Made by a program: the position numbers and the translations under genes
In this document: positions 14,476-28,169 of the stretch, piece by piece
Layout: each line of letters begins with the position of its first letter
How positions within the stretch are numbered: position 1 is the first letter of the stretch
Source of the DNA: the human T2T-CHM13v2.0 reference genome, Homo sapiens
Length of the DNA stretch: 64,000 nt
Direction: 5' to 3' (one strand)
NCBI RefSeq assembly: GCF_009914755.1
Contig: NC_060929.1
Notes under the pieces: generated by a model
Database searches by the model: none
What the model saw: only the letters and a program-made list of their open reading frames with translations
Told to the model about the DNA's origin: nothing

Positions 14476-14864
14476 AACTCCATACACCAAATGGCAAATA
14501 CAGGCTACCAAATAGTTCCCCACCTCTTCGGTATCACTACCAAGTCACCCAGACTTCAGAGGTCTATGGGGCAACATAGGGATACATGGAGGAATAGGCA
14601 GGATGGAGGAAATGAGTATACAGCACACTTTTCCTTATGTTTTATGGTTTATAAATGCCCAACTCGCAATTTGTCATTTTCTGTTAGCATTTTCCATGTG
14701 TCTCTTTCACCTGCAATCTTGTGGGCCAATCAGTACGTTCTGCCCAGATCAGGGTTCAACGTCCTCAACATGCCACTGCCAAGTCATGGGCCCAAGTCTT
14801 GAATGTCACACTCCAGCAGGGCAGTCTCCTCCTCTGCTTTAGACAAGTGATGCCTGAAATAGAG

Positions 14865-15225
14865 TTTTATTTATTCGATACATATTTACTGGCTGCCTGC
14901 TATGGCTAGATACTGTGCAAGGTGCCAGGGATACGGCAATGAGCTAATGGCATATCTCTTACTTGCATGGACTTATATTGGTGGGAAGGGAGTACACTCA
15001 CAAATGGACACTATGAAAAGTATAAGCAGGACAGTTTGTGATGGTAGGGGTCAATGAGAATCCTACTTAGATGGGTTGGTCAAGAAAGGCCTCTCGAGGA
15101 TGAGAAAGAGCCAATCATGAACAAATTTAAAAATAGAAGAAATGACATGCACAAAGACCCTTTCACAGGAAGGAGCTTGGAGACACCAAGAGATTGAGAG
15201 AAGTGAGAGAAGGCAGAGTGGTTGG
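14865..15225 (-). mobile_element. L2 fragment
   Basis: atatttactggctgcctgctatgg...gtgcaaggtgccagggatac...tgcacaaagaccct. Confidence 0.7.
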
Positions 15226-15489
15226 CACATGTGGTCTCTCCGATACACACCCCTTTGGTGCCTGCGGTCCCATACAATTTTCCTCTTTGCCTGAGGTATT
15301 AGTCTTATCTGGATATTTGTCCCCATGTCTGTTGGTTGGACCTGCATGATCTCTCTCCTGTTCCACCTCTCCTCTCCTGTCCTGCGGCTGCTGGTCTGCT
15401 CAGGCTTCCTACTCACTCACCTGGTCTATTGCAACTGCCTTCTAACTATGTGGGCAGTGACTTTGTCCTGTTCGCTCTTGCAGCTCAGC

Positions 15490-16105
15490 ATCAACTGTCT
15501 GTCATTAGTAGGTGCCTAAAAAGTATTTGCTGAATGAATGAATGAATGAAATGTCTGGTCCAGTCTTCACCCCTGTGTCCCGCATCTCCATTCTGCATCC
15601 CTGTCTTGCATGCTACTGTCAGGATTATTGCTCTAAGTTAGAGATCCAATTGTCTCACTTACCAACCTTCTGGTGGTTGGCCCCCATTGTCACATGACTA
15701 AAACCCTCCATATTGCCTTCATAGGTCTTCAGAATTTGATCCCAATCTGCCTTTAAGGCTCATTTCGCAAACACTAAACACAGCCACTCTGAAATACTGT
15801 CTGTTGGTGACACCATGAACTCCCTCTGCTTGCAGTTTGTTCCCCCTACAGGGTTTGTCCACCTGCCATTCTTCAAGCTTCAGCTCAAAAGTCACCTGCC
15901 TTTCATGTCCCTAGTTCCACTTTTTCCCACTGGAGACAACTCACCATCTCTACTAAGCTCAGAACAGTTTGTTCCTATTGCTCCTACAGCCTGGATTAGA
16001 CATGAGTTTGCATTGGTCTTTCTCTCCCGAGAGATGGCAAACTCTCTCAGGGCCCAGGAGCTGCATCTTACTCATCTTCGTGACCCCAGTTCTTAACACA
16101 GAGGC
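15490..16105 (+). mobile_element. L2 fragments, including a terminus with (gaat)n
   Basis: gtaggtgcctaaaaagtatttgctgaatgaatgaatgaatgaa; cattcttcaagcttcagctcaaaagtcacc. Confidence 0.65.
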
Positions 16106-16114
16106 ATGTGTGAA

Positions 16115-16346
16115 ATTAATAATGACAGCAAAAAATCTACCGAGTGCTCGCAACATGCCAGCCTATTTTACACAATTAGCTCTCTAATCCTCAAAATAAT
16201 CTTAGGAGGCAGGTCATATTGTGGTTCCTATTTTAGAACTGAGGAAACTGAGGCTTAGAAAAGTTAGAGAAATTGCCTGGAGTTGCACAGGTAGCAAGCA
16301 ATAGCAGAGCCGGATTTAAACACAGATAGTCTGACTGCAAAGCCCA
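16115..16346 (-). mobile_element. MIR
   Basis: ctattttagaactgaggaaactgaggcttagaaaagtt. Confidence 0.8.
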
Positions 16347-16377
16347 CAAGGGGAACATGACAAAGTGCTGTATGCCA

Positions 16378-16670
16378 CAGTGGCCCCTGACTGCTTCTTA
16401 GAATCACCTGAGGAACTCTGAAAACTCATCCATGTCCCAGCTCCATCCCACAACAACAACAACTGAACTACTGGACTATGAAAGCACTAAACTGGGGCAT
16501 AGACAGGTTTGAACCCTGACCATAAGTATGACCTGGAGCATTTGTTAAAGGTGTAGATCACCACACCTCTCTTCCAGATAATGCTGTTTCAGCGGATTAT
16601 GGTTGAAGCTTGGCAACTTGTGGTTGACAAGGTACCCCAGGTAATTCATATCTTAAGGGAAGTTAGGGAA
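16378..16670. mobile_element. MER5-like hAT fragments
   Basis: ttagaatcacctgaggaact; acctggagcatttgttaaa...acaaggtaccccaggtaattc. Confidence 0.5.
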
Positions 16671-17252
16671 ATAAAGCTAGAGAGTAGGTTGCAAAGTCAT
16701 TTAAGTAGGTCTCTAAACATTCATCTGTCTATGATGGTAGAAAGACCCTGTGGAGGATGTTTGACTGTTTCATCATGGGGCTGAGCTGAAGAAGATGAGT
16801 AACACAGTAAATTGGCATGGCTCTTTGGGAACACTAAGCTGAAATAGCTAATAGCACTGCACAAGTATACATCTTCAAAACCGTCCACTGATAGTGCTGC
16901 AACCAAAAAACAGTATTTTGATGGTACTTCTTTGCCTTGAGCATTCTATATACTTTAGCCAAAAACTGAAAGAGAGGCCTCGTGATCCTTTAAGAAGTGT
17001 GGAGGGGGATAACACAGCCCCAGGGAAATACAGGCTGAGGCCTTTTCCACCTACTTTCCTGGGGCCTCCTGAACTCCACCTGCCAACACACATACACGTG
17101 AACACATGTACATACCTACACCTACCCACACACACAGGTGGCAAAGCAGATCACTTCCTTGATTTCCTTAAGTATAGACTTAGTAAGCACCAGGTGGGAT
17201 ACAGCCACATTGCCTGTCCTTGCCTCCCATGGCTGACTCTGTTTTCCCTTTC

Positions 17253-17607
17253 TGGTATTTTTTGGCTCTGTGTCCCCACCCAAATTTCATCTTAAATTGT
17301 ACTCCTATAATTCCCACATATTGTGGGAGGTACCCAGTGGGAGATAATTTGAATCAAGGGGGCGGTTTCCCCCATACTGTTCTCATGGTAGTGAATAAGT
17401 CTCAGGAGATCTGATGGGTTTATCAGGGGTTTCCGCTTTTGCATCTTCCTCATTTTTTCTTGCTGCTGCCATGTAAGAAGTGCCTTTCACCTCCCGCCGT
17501 GATTCTGAGGCCTTCCCAGACATGTGGAACTGTAAGTCCAGTTAAACCTCTTTTTCTTCCCAGTCTCAGGTATGTCTTTATCAGCAGGGTGAAAATGGAC
17601 TAATACA
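17253..17607 (+). mobile_element. Intact THE1 (THE1A-like) solo LTR
   Basis: tggtattttttggctctgtgtccccacccaaat...aaaatggactaataca, with 5-bp TSD ctttc (17248-17252 and 17608-17612). Confidence 0.95.
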
Positions 17608-19732
17608 CTTTCCATGGTCTCCTGCCTTATCACTGGCTGTCTGAAGTCCTGACCAGCTTGTTTCTAAGCTATTTCATGATCATCATTTTGATCCACTCCA
17701 TTTTCTGCCTTCTGACTGTTGTGTTTACTGACCTTTACCAAGGTTGAAAAGAAAACGCCTGATCTTTTACATGCAATGCATAGAACTGGACTCCTGAATC
17801 CAAGAAAAATATCTTCCTTGCTGCTCTCTTCTCTTTCCTCCATTCTCACCCCAAGAGAAGCCCTGAATCTATTTATGAATAACATTCAGGTTCTACAACT
17901 TGCCCTGCCAGAATAATCTTCCTAATGGGAAATACAATGGGGCCTCCCACTGACAAAGAAGACCACCCCATCTGCAGCTAGGGACAAGAGACACTCCCAG
18001 CCCAGATGTAAAGAAATGCAGCAGATCGTGGCTTTGTGTCTATTCATTGCTTATTTAATATTTGAGCATCTTTTTCTAAAGATATTTCTATTGAACTCAC
18101 TTGTGGTGTCACCATCTGGAAAATATCAAGCCTCACCCCACTGAGGCAAACCCCTATTGCGTATTTTTTCCCTTTTATGTGAGCCCAGTGGGCATGGAAT
18201 GTGTATCTCTATGTTTAGCACAGTTCCTTGCCAAGGCAGCTCTCAAGCACATGACACTCTCTGAATAAATCAGTGTTGTGTAGACCCATTAGCAAGACCT
18301 TCCCAATTGATGCTAACAGAACGTTTCAATGAGGCTCTCAGGAGCCTCCATGACTTCTTGATGTGAGGTCCTTTTACATTTTAAAGTGACAGATTAGAGT
18401 TTTAAGAGAGAGTAAGCTGCTAAGAACTCAATGATTTCATTAAAACCAGTTTTTAAATTGGGCCAAATCTTATCCCAGGGTCTAAAATCAGACTTCTGTC
18501 TAAGCCCACAAATAAAGGGTTTAGTCAGCTCTCAAGGACGCAGGCCAACAGGGCAAGCAGTGTGCCACAGACAGTTCAACTAACGGAAATCTAAATCCAG
18601 CCATGTTAGGCAAGAGGGTTGATTAAGATGAAAATTTGTATTCGGGTGGAGAGAATGCTCAGATTTTGTTCAATGTGTTTATTATCCTTGTGTTTTGAAA
18701 GGTGTTAATAAAATTAATTTCCATTCTCTCGGTGTTCATAAATGGCTGGTGCAGAGAAGTATCTAGGATGTGGTCTAATTGGCAGAAGGAAGATGAGTCT
18801 TCATTGCAGATAAGGCAAAAGTGAATAATATTTAACCATCCAAAAACTTTTACAACTTTGTGCCAGGGCATATGGTTACTAGAGAGAATACAGCACCCCG
18901 ACCTTCCTCACAGGAACATACTACCCAGCATGTTGAGTTAGCCTCAGGTAGAGATGATATAGGGCAACTTACTATGTCTTATAATAATGTGTTTCTGACT
19001 ATTGTTTTAAAATTACCCATACATTTGGTGATAAAACTCATTTCCCCACTATGCTTAATAAGGACTACATAGAGGCACTGAAAAAAGTGATTCTAGGTAA
19101 AAACGACAAAAGTGAGATTGAGTTAGGAAGGAGGAAAGGAGATGAACCCGCTCCCCTTTTGACCTGAATTATCACAGAGAGGCGATTGTGAAGCTGTTAT
19201 GGAGTGGCTTACTCTCACAAGAATGATCCTCCTGCAGGCATTCTCTTCCCTCTCTACCAGCACAGCCTTAAATTTCAAAGGCAAAGCCTCATGTGAGTAT
19301 AATAGACAGGTTTGCCTACTCAGATCCCCCAGCAGGACAGGGGTCAGTGCACAAAGTTGTTAGTAGCGCCTTTACACGTCCATTCTCGTCGTCCCACACC
19401 TCCCCACAGACCTCACCGTGGTGCATTTCCAGCTCCCTTTGAGAGCCCCTTCTGTGTTATCACATCCTCATTATTCCTGCCATTTGCAGTGGCATGTTGC
19501 TCTTTTTCAGGCCATTTGGCAGTTCATCTGGTATGGAACCTGGCAACAATTTACCATACAGCAGGAGATGATATCAAAAACCATTCTGTTGACATAGGAC
19601 TGAGACAATGTTAAAATCCAGATATGATATTAAGTCATCTGTTCATCATATATAAATTGAGGGGATGAATTCTGCTGGTTTGCTTGCTGTCCCTAAGATA
19701 ATTAGATATGTCAATTTTAAAAAGTATTGTCC

Positions 19733-20220
<488 letters not shown>

Positions 20221-20474
20221 TCAGGGTTTGTATGTGCTAAGGAAGGTGTTGGGTGCCTGAACAGAGAGAGGTCTGAGCCATGCTTGCTCCTTCTCAAGGA
20301 TCTGGAAGAACAGTGTAGGTGACTGACAAGCCAGCAAGTCATGACCTCACAGTGTAGACAGTGCTGGAACAGAGGTGTGTGCAAGTACACTGGAGGGCCT
20401 GAGGAGGAGTGACTAAGGCTGCCTCACAGGAAGCAGGGAATAATGAAAGATGAGGCATTTAACCTTGTGTCCTG

Positions 20475-21920
20475 CAACGCTGTTATACTGGCTTATTCCA
20501 GAAGTTTTATATTGATTCTATGGAATTTTCTATGTACATAATCATGTCATATGGAAAGACAGTTTTATTTTTTCTTTTCCAATCTGTATACTTATAATTT
20601 CTTTTTCTTGTCTTACTGCATTAGCTAGGACTTCTAGTACAATGTTGAAAAGAGTAATGAGCGGGAACATCCTTGCCTTGTTCCTGATCTTAGGGGGAAA
20701 GTTTCTAGTTCCTAACCATTATACATGATGTTAGCCATAGGCTTTTTTTGTAAATGTTCTTTTTCAAGTTGAGGGAGTTACCCTCTATTCCTAGTTTGCT
20801 GAGTTTTTATCATGAATAGGCATTGGATTTTGTCAGATGCTTTTTATGCATCTATTAATACAATGTGATATTTTCTCTTTAGCCTCTTGACGTGGTTGTA
20901 TACATCAATTGATTTTTGTATATCGAATAAGCCTTGTTTACTTAGATTAAATCTCACTTGATCATGATGTATAATCCTTTTCATATATTGTTGGATTTGG
21001 ATTGCTAATCTTTTGTTGAGAAATTTTACGTCTATGGTCATAAAGATATTCATCTGTTGTTTTCCTTTCTTGTAGTGTCTTTGTCTGATTTTGGTATTAA
21101 GATAAGGTGGGCCTCATAGAATTAGTTAGAATGTATTCCCTCTGCTTCTGTCTTCTGGAAGAGATTGTGGAGAACTGATATCATTTCTTTCTTAACTATT
21201 TGGTAGGATTCACTGGTGAAACCATCTGGGGCTGGTGCTTTTTTTTGGAATATTATTAATTATTGATTCAATGTCTCTAATAAATTTGGGCCTATTCAGA
21301 TTATCTATTTCTCCCTATGTGGGCTTTGGTAGTTTGCATCTTTCAAGAATTGATCGATTTCATTTAAGTTACCAAATGTATGGGCCTGGAGTTGTTGCAG
21401 TATTCCTTGGTTATCCTCTAAATGCCCACAAGATCAGCATGAGATTAGTAGTAATCACTCCTTTTTTTTTTTTTTTGGGGGGGATGGAGTCTCACTCTGT
21501 CGCCCAGGCTAGAGTGCAGTGGCGGATCTTGGTTCGCTGCTTCTCCTGGATTCAAGAGATTTTCCTGCCTCAGCCTCCCGAGTATTTGGGACTACAGGCA
21601 CATGCCACCATCCCAGGCTAATTTTTTGTATTTTTAGTAGAGACGGGGTTTCACCTTGTTAGCCAGGATGGTCTCGATCTCCTGATCTTGTGATCCACCC
21701 ACCTTGGCCTCCCAAAGTGCTGGAATTACAGGCGTGAACCACCATGCCTGGTCTAATCACTCCTTTTTTATTTCTGATTTCAGTAATTTGTGTCCTCTCT
21801 CTTTTTTCCTTGGCTAACCTGCTTTTCTGTTTTAGATTTCACTGATACTACTCTAAGTTTTATTATTTATTTTCTTCTTGCCTTTGGCCTAAATTGCTTT
21901 TGTTTCTCTAGTTTCCTAAA
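20475..21920 (-). mobile_element. L1M ORF2 (reverse transcriptase region) fossil
   Basis: ORF 20844-21053 (MTIDVKFLNKRLAIQIQQYMKRIIHHDQVRF...KSIDV...VLIDA) matches the L1 ORF2p motif [31 protein letters not shown]...KSINV...ISIDAEKAF. The reading frame is disrupted. Confidence 0.93.
21462..21753 (-). mobile_element. AluS (Sc-like) inside L1
   Basis: TSD taatcactcctttttt starting at 21452 and 21754. Confidence 0.95.
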
Positions 21921-21954
21921 GGATGACACTTCAAGACACTTAAGCTCAGTATCT

Positions 21955-22335
21955 TAGTCTGATACCTTTGAGAAGCTGACACCAATGTGGAATTAAACAT
22001 CTTTATTAGGGAAATTACGTGTGAGAGAAACCTCAGACCTTCAGACCACTTTGCAAGTCTGCTCCTGAGTAAAGAAGAGAGGAAAGGAAGGTTGGCCTTA
22101 GTAGAAGGAAGGTTTAGCAAGGGTTTCAAGGAGTATTCAAGCCAGAGTTGACTGTTAGAAAGTTCTGTGTCTCCTAGGGAAAGTCCTGCCTTCATATTCT
22201 GCCAGGCTCTGTTAATAGCTGAGAGCATCCCTTGGGAAGCATGGCCTTAGCCCAGATGCAGCAATGGATTTCAGAGCATACCAGTTGGGGCTCTTGGTCA
22301 GTTATATACCCTCAGCAGGAGGGTACCTCTGAGAC
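21955..22335. mobile_element. Old MaLR/ERVL-type LTR remnant
   Basis: Degenerate resemblance (cagaccactttgcaagtctgctcctgagtaaagaagagagg; ggggctcttggtcagttatacc). Subfamily uncertain. Confidence 0.45.
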
Positions 22336-22389
22336 GTACATTTTCACGGCTAACATGCCAGGTCTTGAAAAAGGGAAAGAAGGAGTCAG

Positions 22390-23330
22390 AGGCCCCTAGA
22401 GCCATGAGAGAATTCAGCATGTTTGAAATAAGTAAATCTGTGGGTGGGAGATTGGACTGTGATAGGAGGGACAAGGGATTAGTGTGATGTGGGCCTTTGA
22501 GGAGAGCCAGGGCTGGGACCTGGTGAAGGGCCTTGTAGGCCATGGTGAAAATTTTGGATTTTAACATGAAGGAAATGAAGAGCTATTGAAGGCTGTTTCA
22601 GCAAGGACGTGACAGCACTGGATTGGATCATGTGTAGGGAGAGGATTCTGACAGCAGTGTGGAAGACTGAGTAGGGGACAGAGGGTGGAGGTGGGGAAGA
22701 CTGGAGAGGAGAGATGCTGAGGGCCTGAACCAAATAAGTGGCAATGCAGGGGGACCAGACCTGGGAGTTCTTTAGGAGGCAGGAGTGACATGACTCAGGT
22801 GTGGGATAGAAAGGTGTAAAATGAATCCCAGACATTTGACTTAGGAGACCTAGGAGAAGGAGAGATTCACTGAGGAAGAGAATTACAAGAGGGGCAGCAG
22901 GTATGGAGGAGCAATCAAGAGTTTGGTCAGTTTGGGACACGTGGTTTCTGAGGTTCCTCTGTGCAGCAGGCATTTGTATACATGGTCTGGGACTCAGGTC
23001 ATTGCCTGGACTAAGCATAGAGGCCTGAGAACCATAGGTATTTAGGTACACTTTAAAGCCATGAGTTTGACTGAGACTACTCAATTACAGGATGTAGCTT
23101 TAGAAGAAAAGGTGGCCAAATACTGAACTCCAAGGAACCCAAGAGTGCAGATGGGTGGAAGAAGAGGAGTCGGTTGAGGAGACTGAGGAATGGTTAAGTC
23201 AGTGGGAGAACTGAAAGGGTGGTGTTCTAAAAGCCAAGGGAGAAAAGAACTCTGAGGGGATGTCATCAATAGTGTCAAATCCCACTATAGGGAAGCCAGT
23301 AAGCTGAGGGTGGGGAAGGGTCTGCCAACT
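22390..23330 (-). mobile_element. L2 fragment
   Basis: agggccttgtaggccatggtgaaaattttggattttaa; gagggcctgaaccaa; ggtggtgttctaaaagccaagggag. Confidence 0.8.
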
Positions 23331-23343
23331 CTCCACTGTAGTA

Positions 23344-24062
23344 TATTATAGGTTTAATTGTGGCCCCCCACCCCCCGCAAATATATATTGTCTTCTTTTT
23401 TTTGAGGCAAGGTCTTGCTCTGTCACCCGTATGGAAGTATAGCGGCACAATCACAGCTCATTGCAGCCTTGACCTCTTGGGCTCAAGTGATTCTCCTGCT
23501 TCATTTTTTGATTTTTTTTTTGTAGAGATGAGGTCTCACTATGTTGCCTAGGCTGGTCTTGAACTCCCAGGTTCAAGCGATCCTCCTGCCATGACCTCCC
23601 AAAGTGCTGGGATTACAGGCCCAAAAAGATACATTGTAGTCCTAATCCCTGGAACCTCAGAGAGTGTCCTTACTTGAAAATAGGGTCATTGCAGATGTAA
23701 TTAAATTAAGATGTACATTAAGACAAGGTCATTCTGGAGTAGGGTGGGGCCTTAATCCAATGCAACTGTTGTCCTTACAAGAAGAGAAGAGTTGGATACA
23801 GAGGAAGAATCTCATGTGCAGATGAAGGCAGATATTGAGGTTATGCAGATGCAAGCCAAGGAGAACAAAGGATCACTGGCAAACACTGAGGCTAAGAGGA
23901 AGGCATGGAACAGATTCTTTTCTAGATTCCTCAGAGACAGCATGACCCTGCTGTTGCCTTAATTTCAGACTAGCCTTCCAAACTGTGAGAGAATCAACAT
24001 CTGTTAGTTGAAGCCACCCCAGGTTGTGGTGCTTTGTTACAGCAGCCCTAGGAAACTAACAC
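23344..24062 (+). mobile_element. MLT1 (B/C-like) MaLR LTR, interrupted by an Alu
   Basis: aaatagggtcattgcagatgtaattaa...gaagccaccccaggttgtggtgctttgttacagcagccctaggaaactaacac. Confidence 0.88.
23396..23620 (-). mobile_element. AluJ with an internal deletion
   Basis: gaggcaaggtcttgctctgtcacc...cccaaagtgctgggattacaggc. Confidence 0.9.
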
Positions 24063-24304
24063 GCAGTAAAGGTGAGGAACCGTCATTTTGTTGCAAAGAC
24101 AGACAGGTGAGTCCTTTAAGACTGAAGGGAAAGTAAATGTAGGTGTAGGGCTAATAAGTTTGCAGATGGGGAGTGATGGAGTGGGAGCTGGATAGTTCCA
24201 GCCTGTTGGCATCTTTTCTCTATGAAGTTGAGGGGTGTGGATCATCTACACCCACAACTTCATAGAGTGAAGGGGTGGAAGGTAATCACACTATAATTGC
24301 CACC

Positions 24305-24790
24305 TGTATTATCTATTACTGTATGACAAATTACCCCAAAACTTAGCTTAAAACAACAAACATTTATTGTCTCACGCAGTCTCTTTCTAAGAGTCAGGGA
24401 TCTGGGAGTGGCTACAGTGGGTGGTTCTGGCTCAGAATCTCTCATGAGGTTGCAGTCACGATATCAGCCAAGGCTCCAAACATCTGAAGCTTTGATGGGA
24501 CTAAAGGATTGGCTTCCACTATGGCTCATCCACATGGAACTCTCCAGGAGGTTGCTTGGGTATCCGCACCACATGGCAGCCAGTTTCCTCATAGCAAGCA
24601 ATCCGAGATAGAGACCAAGGCATACACCACAACATCTTTTATTACCTAACCTTGGCAGTCATATACATCACTTCAGTATTCTATTGATCATACAGACCAA
24701 CTTTGATTCAATGTAGTGGGGACTACATGAGGGCATGAATACCAGGAGGCAGGGATCCTTAGGAGCCATCTTGGTGGCTGCCCATCATAG
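24305..24790 (-). mobile_element. MLT1 (E/F-like) MaLR LTR
   Basis: acaaattaccccaaaacttagcttaaaacaacaaacatttatt...gggcatgaataccaggaggcagggatc. Confidence 0.85.
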
Positions 24791-24799
24791 GCTATGGAC

Positions 24800-25210
24800 C
24801 CGCCTATATGCTGAGGCCCCCCAAACCTTGGTTGCAGTCCTGACATCTCTCTCTGAGCATCAGACACTTAGAGTTAAGGTCTCTTCCGGTCGTTCCCTCT
24901 TGGATATCCCAAGAGCACCTCAAAGGCAACATGTTTAAAACTGAATTCTTTATTCTATTCCCAAGCCAGATTCTTTCTTTAATGTTGTCTTAGTAAGAAG
25001 CCCAGCAATGGCTCAAACACGCAAACTAGATCTTGGGATTATCTATGACCACTCTCCTTCACCAACTCTCCCATCCAAACCACCACAAGTTCTGTCAATT
25101 TTACTTTCTAAATATTTCTGGAATCTGTTGCCTCTTGTCTATACTTACTTTCACAGCCCTAGTTAAGAAATGTACGATCTGTCATTTGAATCATTGCAAC
25201 AGCCTCTAGA
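24800..25210 (+). mobile_element. L2 fragment
   Basis: cttggatatcccaagagcacctcaaaggcaacatgtttaaaactgaa; caagttctgtcaattttactttctaaatatttct. Confidence 0.75.
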
Positions 25211-25230
25211 CTATTGGACCAATATACAGC

Positions 25231-25692
25231 TGTCAAGAACTACCAAGACTCTGAGATTTTACCTGACTTGCAAGCCTGGATGCTATCAGCTTTGCAGATG
25301 CTGACAGAGGACATAAAACTCCTGGGTCAGAGATAAAGGACTTTGTAATTCCCAGCATAGTATGAGGCACGAATTTCATGTTTATCTCAGTTTCCCTTGA
25401 TCCCTAAATCCCACAGGGGCAACCATAGCCTCATCGAGTGACCCAGGTGGATGCTACAAGCACCATGAAGTTCTATCTCAGTTGGGAAATGCCCAGGTCA
25501 GAGAATGTGAGTCCTTTTTCTTGCGCTGCAAGCAAACTTCCTCCTCTTTGCTCCAAAGGGAGTCACTCTCTTTAACTTCCAAGGACGTTTGCTATACAAA
25601 CATCTTTGAAAACAATCTAGAACAAAATGACAGCACCTCACTCACAACACGTGCAGAAATGTGAAACACCCAGAGAGAATTGTTTCCCAGCA
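25231..25692 (-). mobile_element. ERV solo LTR (LTR47-like)
   Basis: TG...CA ends (tgtcaagaac...tgtttcccagca) with 5-bp TSD acagc (25226-25230 and 25693-25697). Internal ctgagattttacctgacttgcaagc and ctcctgggtcagagataaaggacttt. Confidence 0.75.
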
Positions 25693-28169
25693 ACAGCCAA
25701 AATCTAAATCAGGGCATTTAGTGGCTCCTCACACTTACTGAATAAAGACCCTCACACTAATACCACTGCCTCTATCAGCCTCATTGCTCCTCTCCCTGCT
25801 TCACAATGTGAATTTGAAATAACCTGCAGCCCCTCAGTCTGTGTTCATTCTTGCCCACAGGTCTTTGTTTGAGTCATCTTCTTTGCCTAAATTTCCTTCT
25901 TCCTTCCATAGAAGTCATTCATTTCATGCCTGGGAAGTTACCTTTTGAGGCTCCCATGCATTCTGAGGGTTGCTGGGTTTAGTGCGTATCTACGAGGATG
26001 TGGGACTGGCAATTATCACTCGTTATTGGACTAACATTTACCATCTGCAACTGTTTTCTTCTTTCTCTAAATGGAACCACCCTCTATTTGGTGAAGGCAC
26101 AGCACGTTCTAGTGAAATGAGTCTCCATGATTTTCTTAGCAATTTCTACGGCAGGGTTGGGTAAATACCTGCTTTCTATTCTCACTCTTGGTTTTAGTTT
26201 GCCCCCTGTTGCACTGTCTCCCCAGCAGGCATGGAGCAGCTCCATTTGGGGCAGGCCTTGCTCTGAGCCTGGTTGTTTTCACTGTACCAAAGTCAAAGTC
26301 AAAGGTGTATTTTCACTTACAAAATAGCCATGCATACCATAGCTTTCTAAATCTCCAACTGGAGGCCTATTGCATGCCTGAAAGGAGTAGAATACAGTTT
26401 AGAAGAGTGGCCCAGGGCCTACTTATGCAATACCACAATTTCCACTTCTCTTCCCAAATAGACCTCATTAGAATGTGTCACAAGAATAGTATTGCCTTGG
26501 ATACAACAGCTTTCAGAAAGGCTGTGAGAAAACCATTGATTCATTCCAGAAATGAACTCTGGTGGCCATTTGACCATATTTTGAGAGGCATCAGTTTTGA
26601 AAGGACTCTAAGGAATGGTGCCCAAGCAACATTGACTTCATCCAACTCCTTCTCTTGTATTGTCCTTCTTTTTGTTTTTGTTTCTCTGTGAAATGAAAGT
26701 AATAGCATGAGCCACCCTCCTGGCTCTAAGTAATGAGAACAAATTAAGAGCCATAACATTAGGCCTGCAATACACTGGTGGAACTGAGTGGAAAATGCTG
26801 TTTGAGACCATGCCAGAATTTTCCCACTTGCCATTTTCTTTTTGTTTGTGTGTCATCTTTTGGGATATTAGCCCAGCTGATGATGACACTTCTTACTGAG
26901 GCCTCTGATGAGAACTATGAGGCTGGGCTCCTGGTAACCATGGGTTTATGAAACAGAATTCTGGCCCTTACCTCCCACCCCATAGGGATCTTCTTCATTC
27001 CTTTGTGTATCCCAAGCATGTAACAGTGCCTGGAATATACTAGGTGTGCAAGAAATACTTATTAAATTGATGATATCAAGGATTGAGACTAACAGTTTTC
27101 TCCTGTGCTTGAGGCTGGAACTCTCACATGTGGACTCTGGAGGTGTGGGCAGCTTCATCCCATCATGGAGCCTGGGGAGCAGGGGAAGCCAGTCTTTGGA
27201 CACCAAGGAGTCTTGGAGGGAGGGATCTGCAGAGGGAGAGCTTGGGCTGGCTCCCACTGATTCTCTACTTTCTGCTTCCAGGATTTTTCCCAGGCCAAGC
27301 TGCAAACTTCTTTATCTTTGAATAAGTTCCTTTCTCTGTGCTTAAACTAGCTTCAGGGGCTTAGTCCAAGGCAACACAGAAAATTTGGGAGTTGACATGG
27401 TAGAAGTCTAGGTGTGACTAATAGGAAGGGCCACATACTGCCAGTGGAGCTAAGACAGGTTGTGACCTATGAGAAATCCTCAGTGAACTGGCTACGACCC
27501 ACCCCTTTCTCTCCCACTCATCTGAACTCACAGGTGTGTTCTGACAGTGATATATGGTCACTGGCTTAACACAGAGGGGGGCATGAGATCTTTAAACCAT
27601 AAAACTGCAGTTCCACAGAAATGTTTGATAATGTTACACAGGAAATATCATGGAGCCCATGGTAGAGCACTAAAACCATGGTCTGAAATGGGAATTTTTT
27701 TTCTCCCATCACAAAATAGCGGCAAGTAAACACCCTTTCTCACCGCCATAGCCTTATGGAGACATGTAAGACAGATTACCACATGTTTGGAGCAGAAAAT
27801 CAGACAAGAAGCTGCAATACCACACACACAGATTGCGGTCCTGCTAATCAGTCATTGGTGGCAGGTCCCTCTGCAAGGTATACTGGAAGTGGGGCAGGGG
27901 GACATTCTAGGTTCAATGTTATTAAGAATTAACTTCCAGAGATACAGCTGATGAGTTAAGTTTTTACATTTCAACTCTGAGCATTTTCAAGACTACTCAT
28001 AATTTTCTGCAGTTAATATTAAATATGCCATTAAAAGGAAGCACATTCTGATGTGTGGAACAGAAAGAATTCATATGACAAAAGAAAATTCCAGACTGAA
28101 CCAGGACGAAGACATTTCCCGTAGCGACGCCCAGCCTAGTATTTCACCAGTACTAATGAGAAGCTGTAA

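Noticed and set aside
20844-21053. Reverse-transcriptase-like peptide as a retron, DGR or novel RT system
   Set aside because: It is a disrupted LINE-1 ORF2 fragment in L1 context, interrupted nearby by an Alu.
22479-23084. 201-aa ORF
   Set aside because: It lies wholly within decayed L2 sequence, is Ser/Pro/Leu-rich and shows no exon context.
26188-26691. 167-aa ORF in unique DNA (similarly the 173, 164 and 189 aa ORFs at 37894, 51752 and 59986)
   Set aside because: No recognisable protein family and mostly non-ATG starts. A tblastn or PhyloCSF check would be decisive, and I expect it to be negative.
28010-28025. gttaatattaaa as an HNF1 site
   Set aside because: It lacks the central spacer base of the GTTAATNATTAAC consensus.
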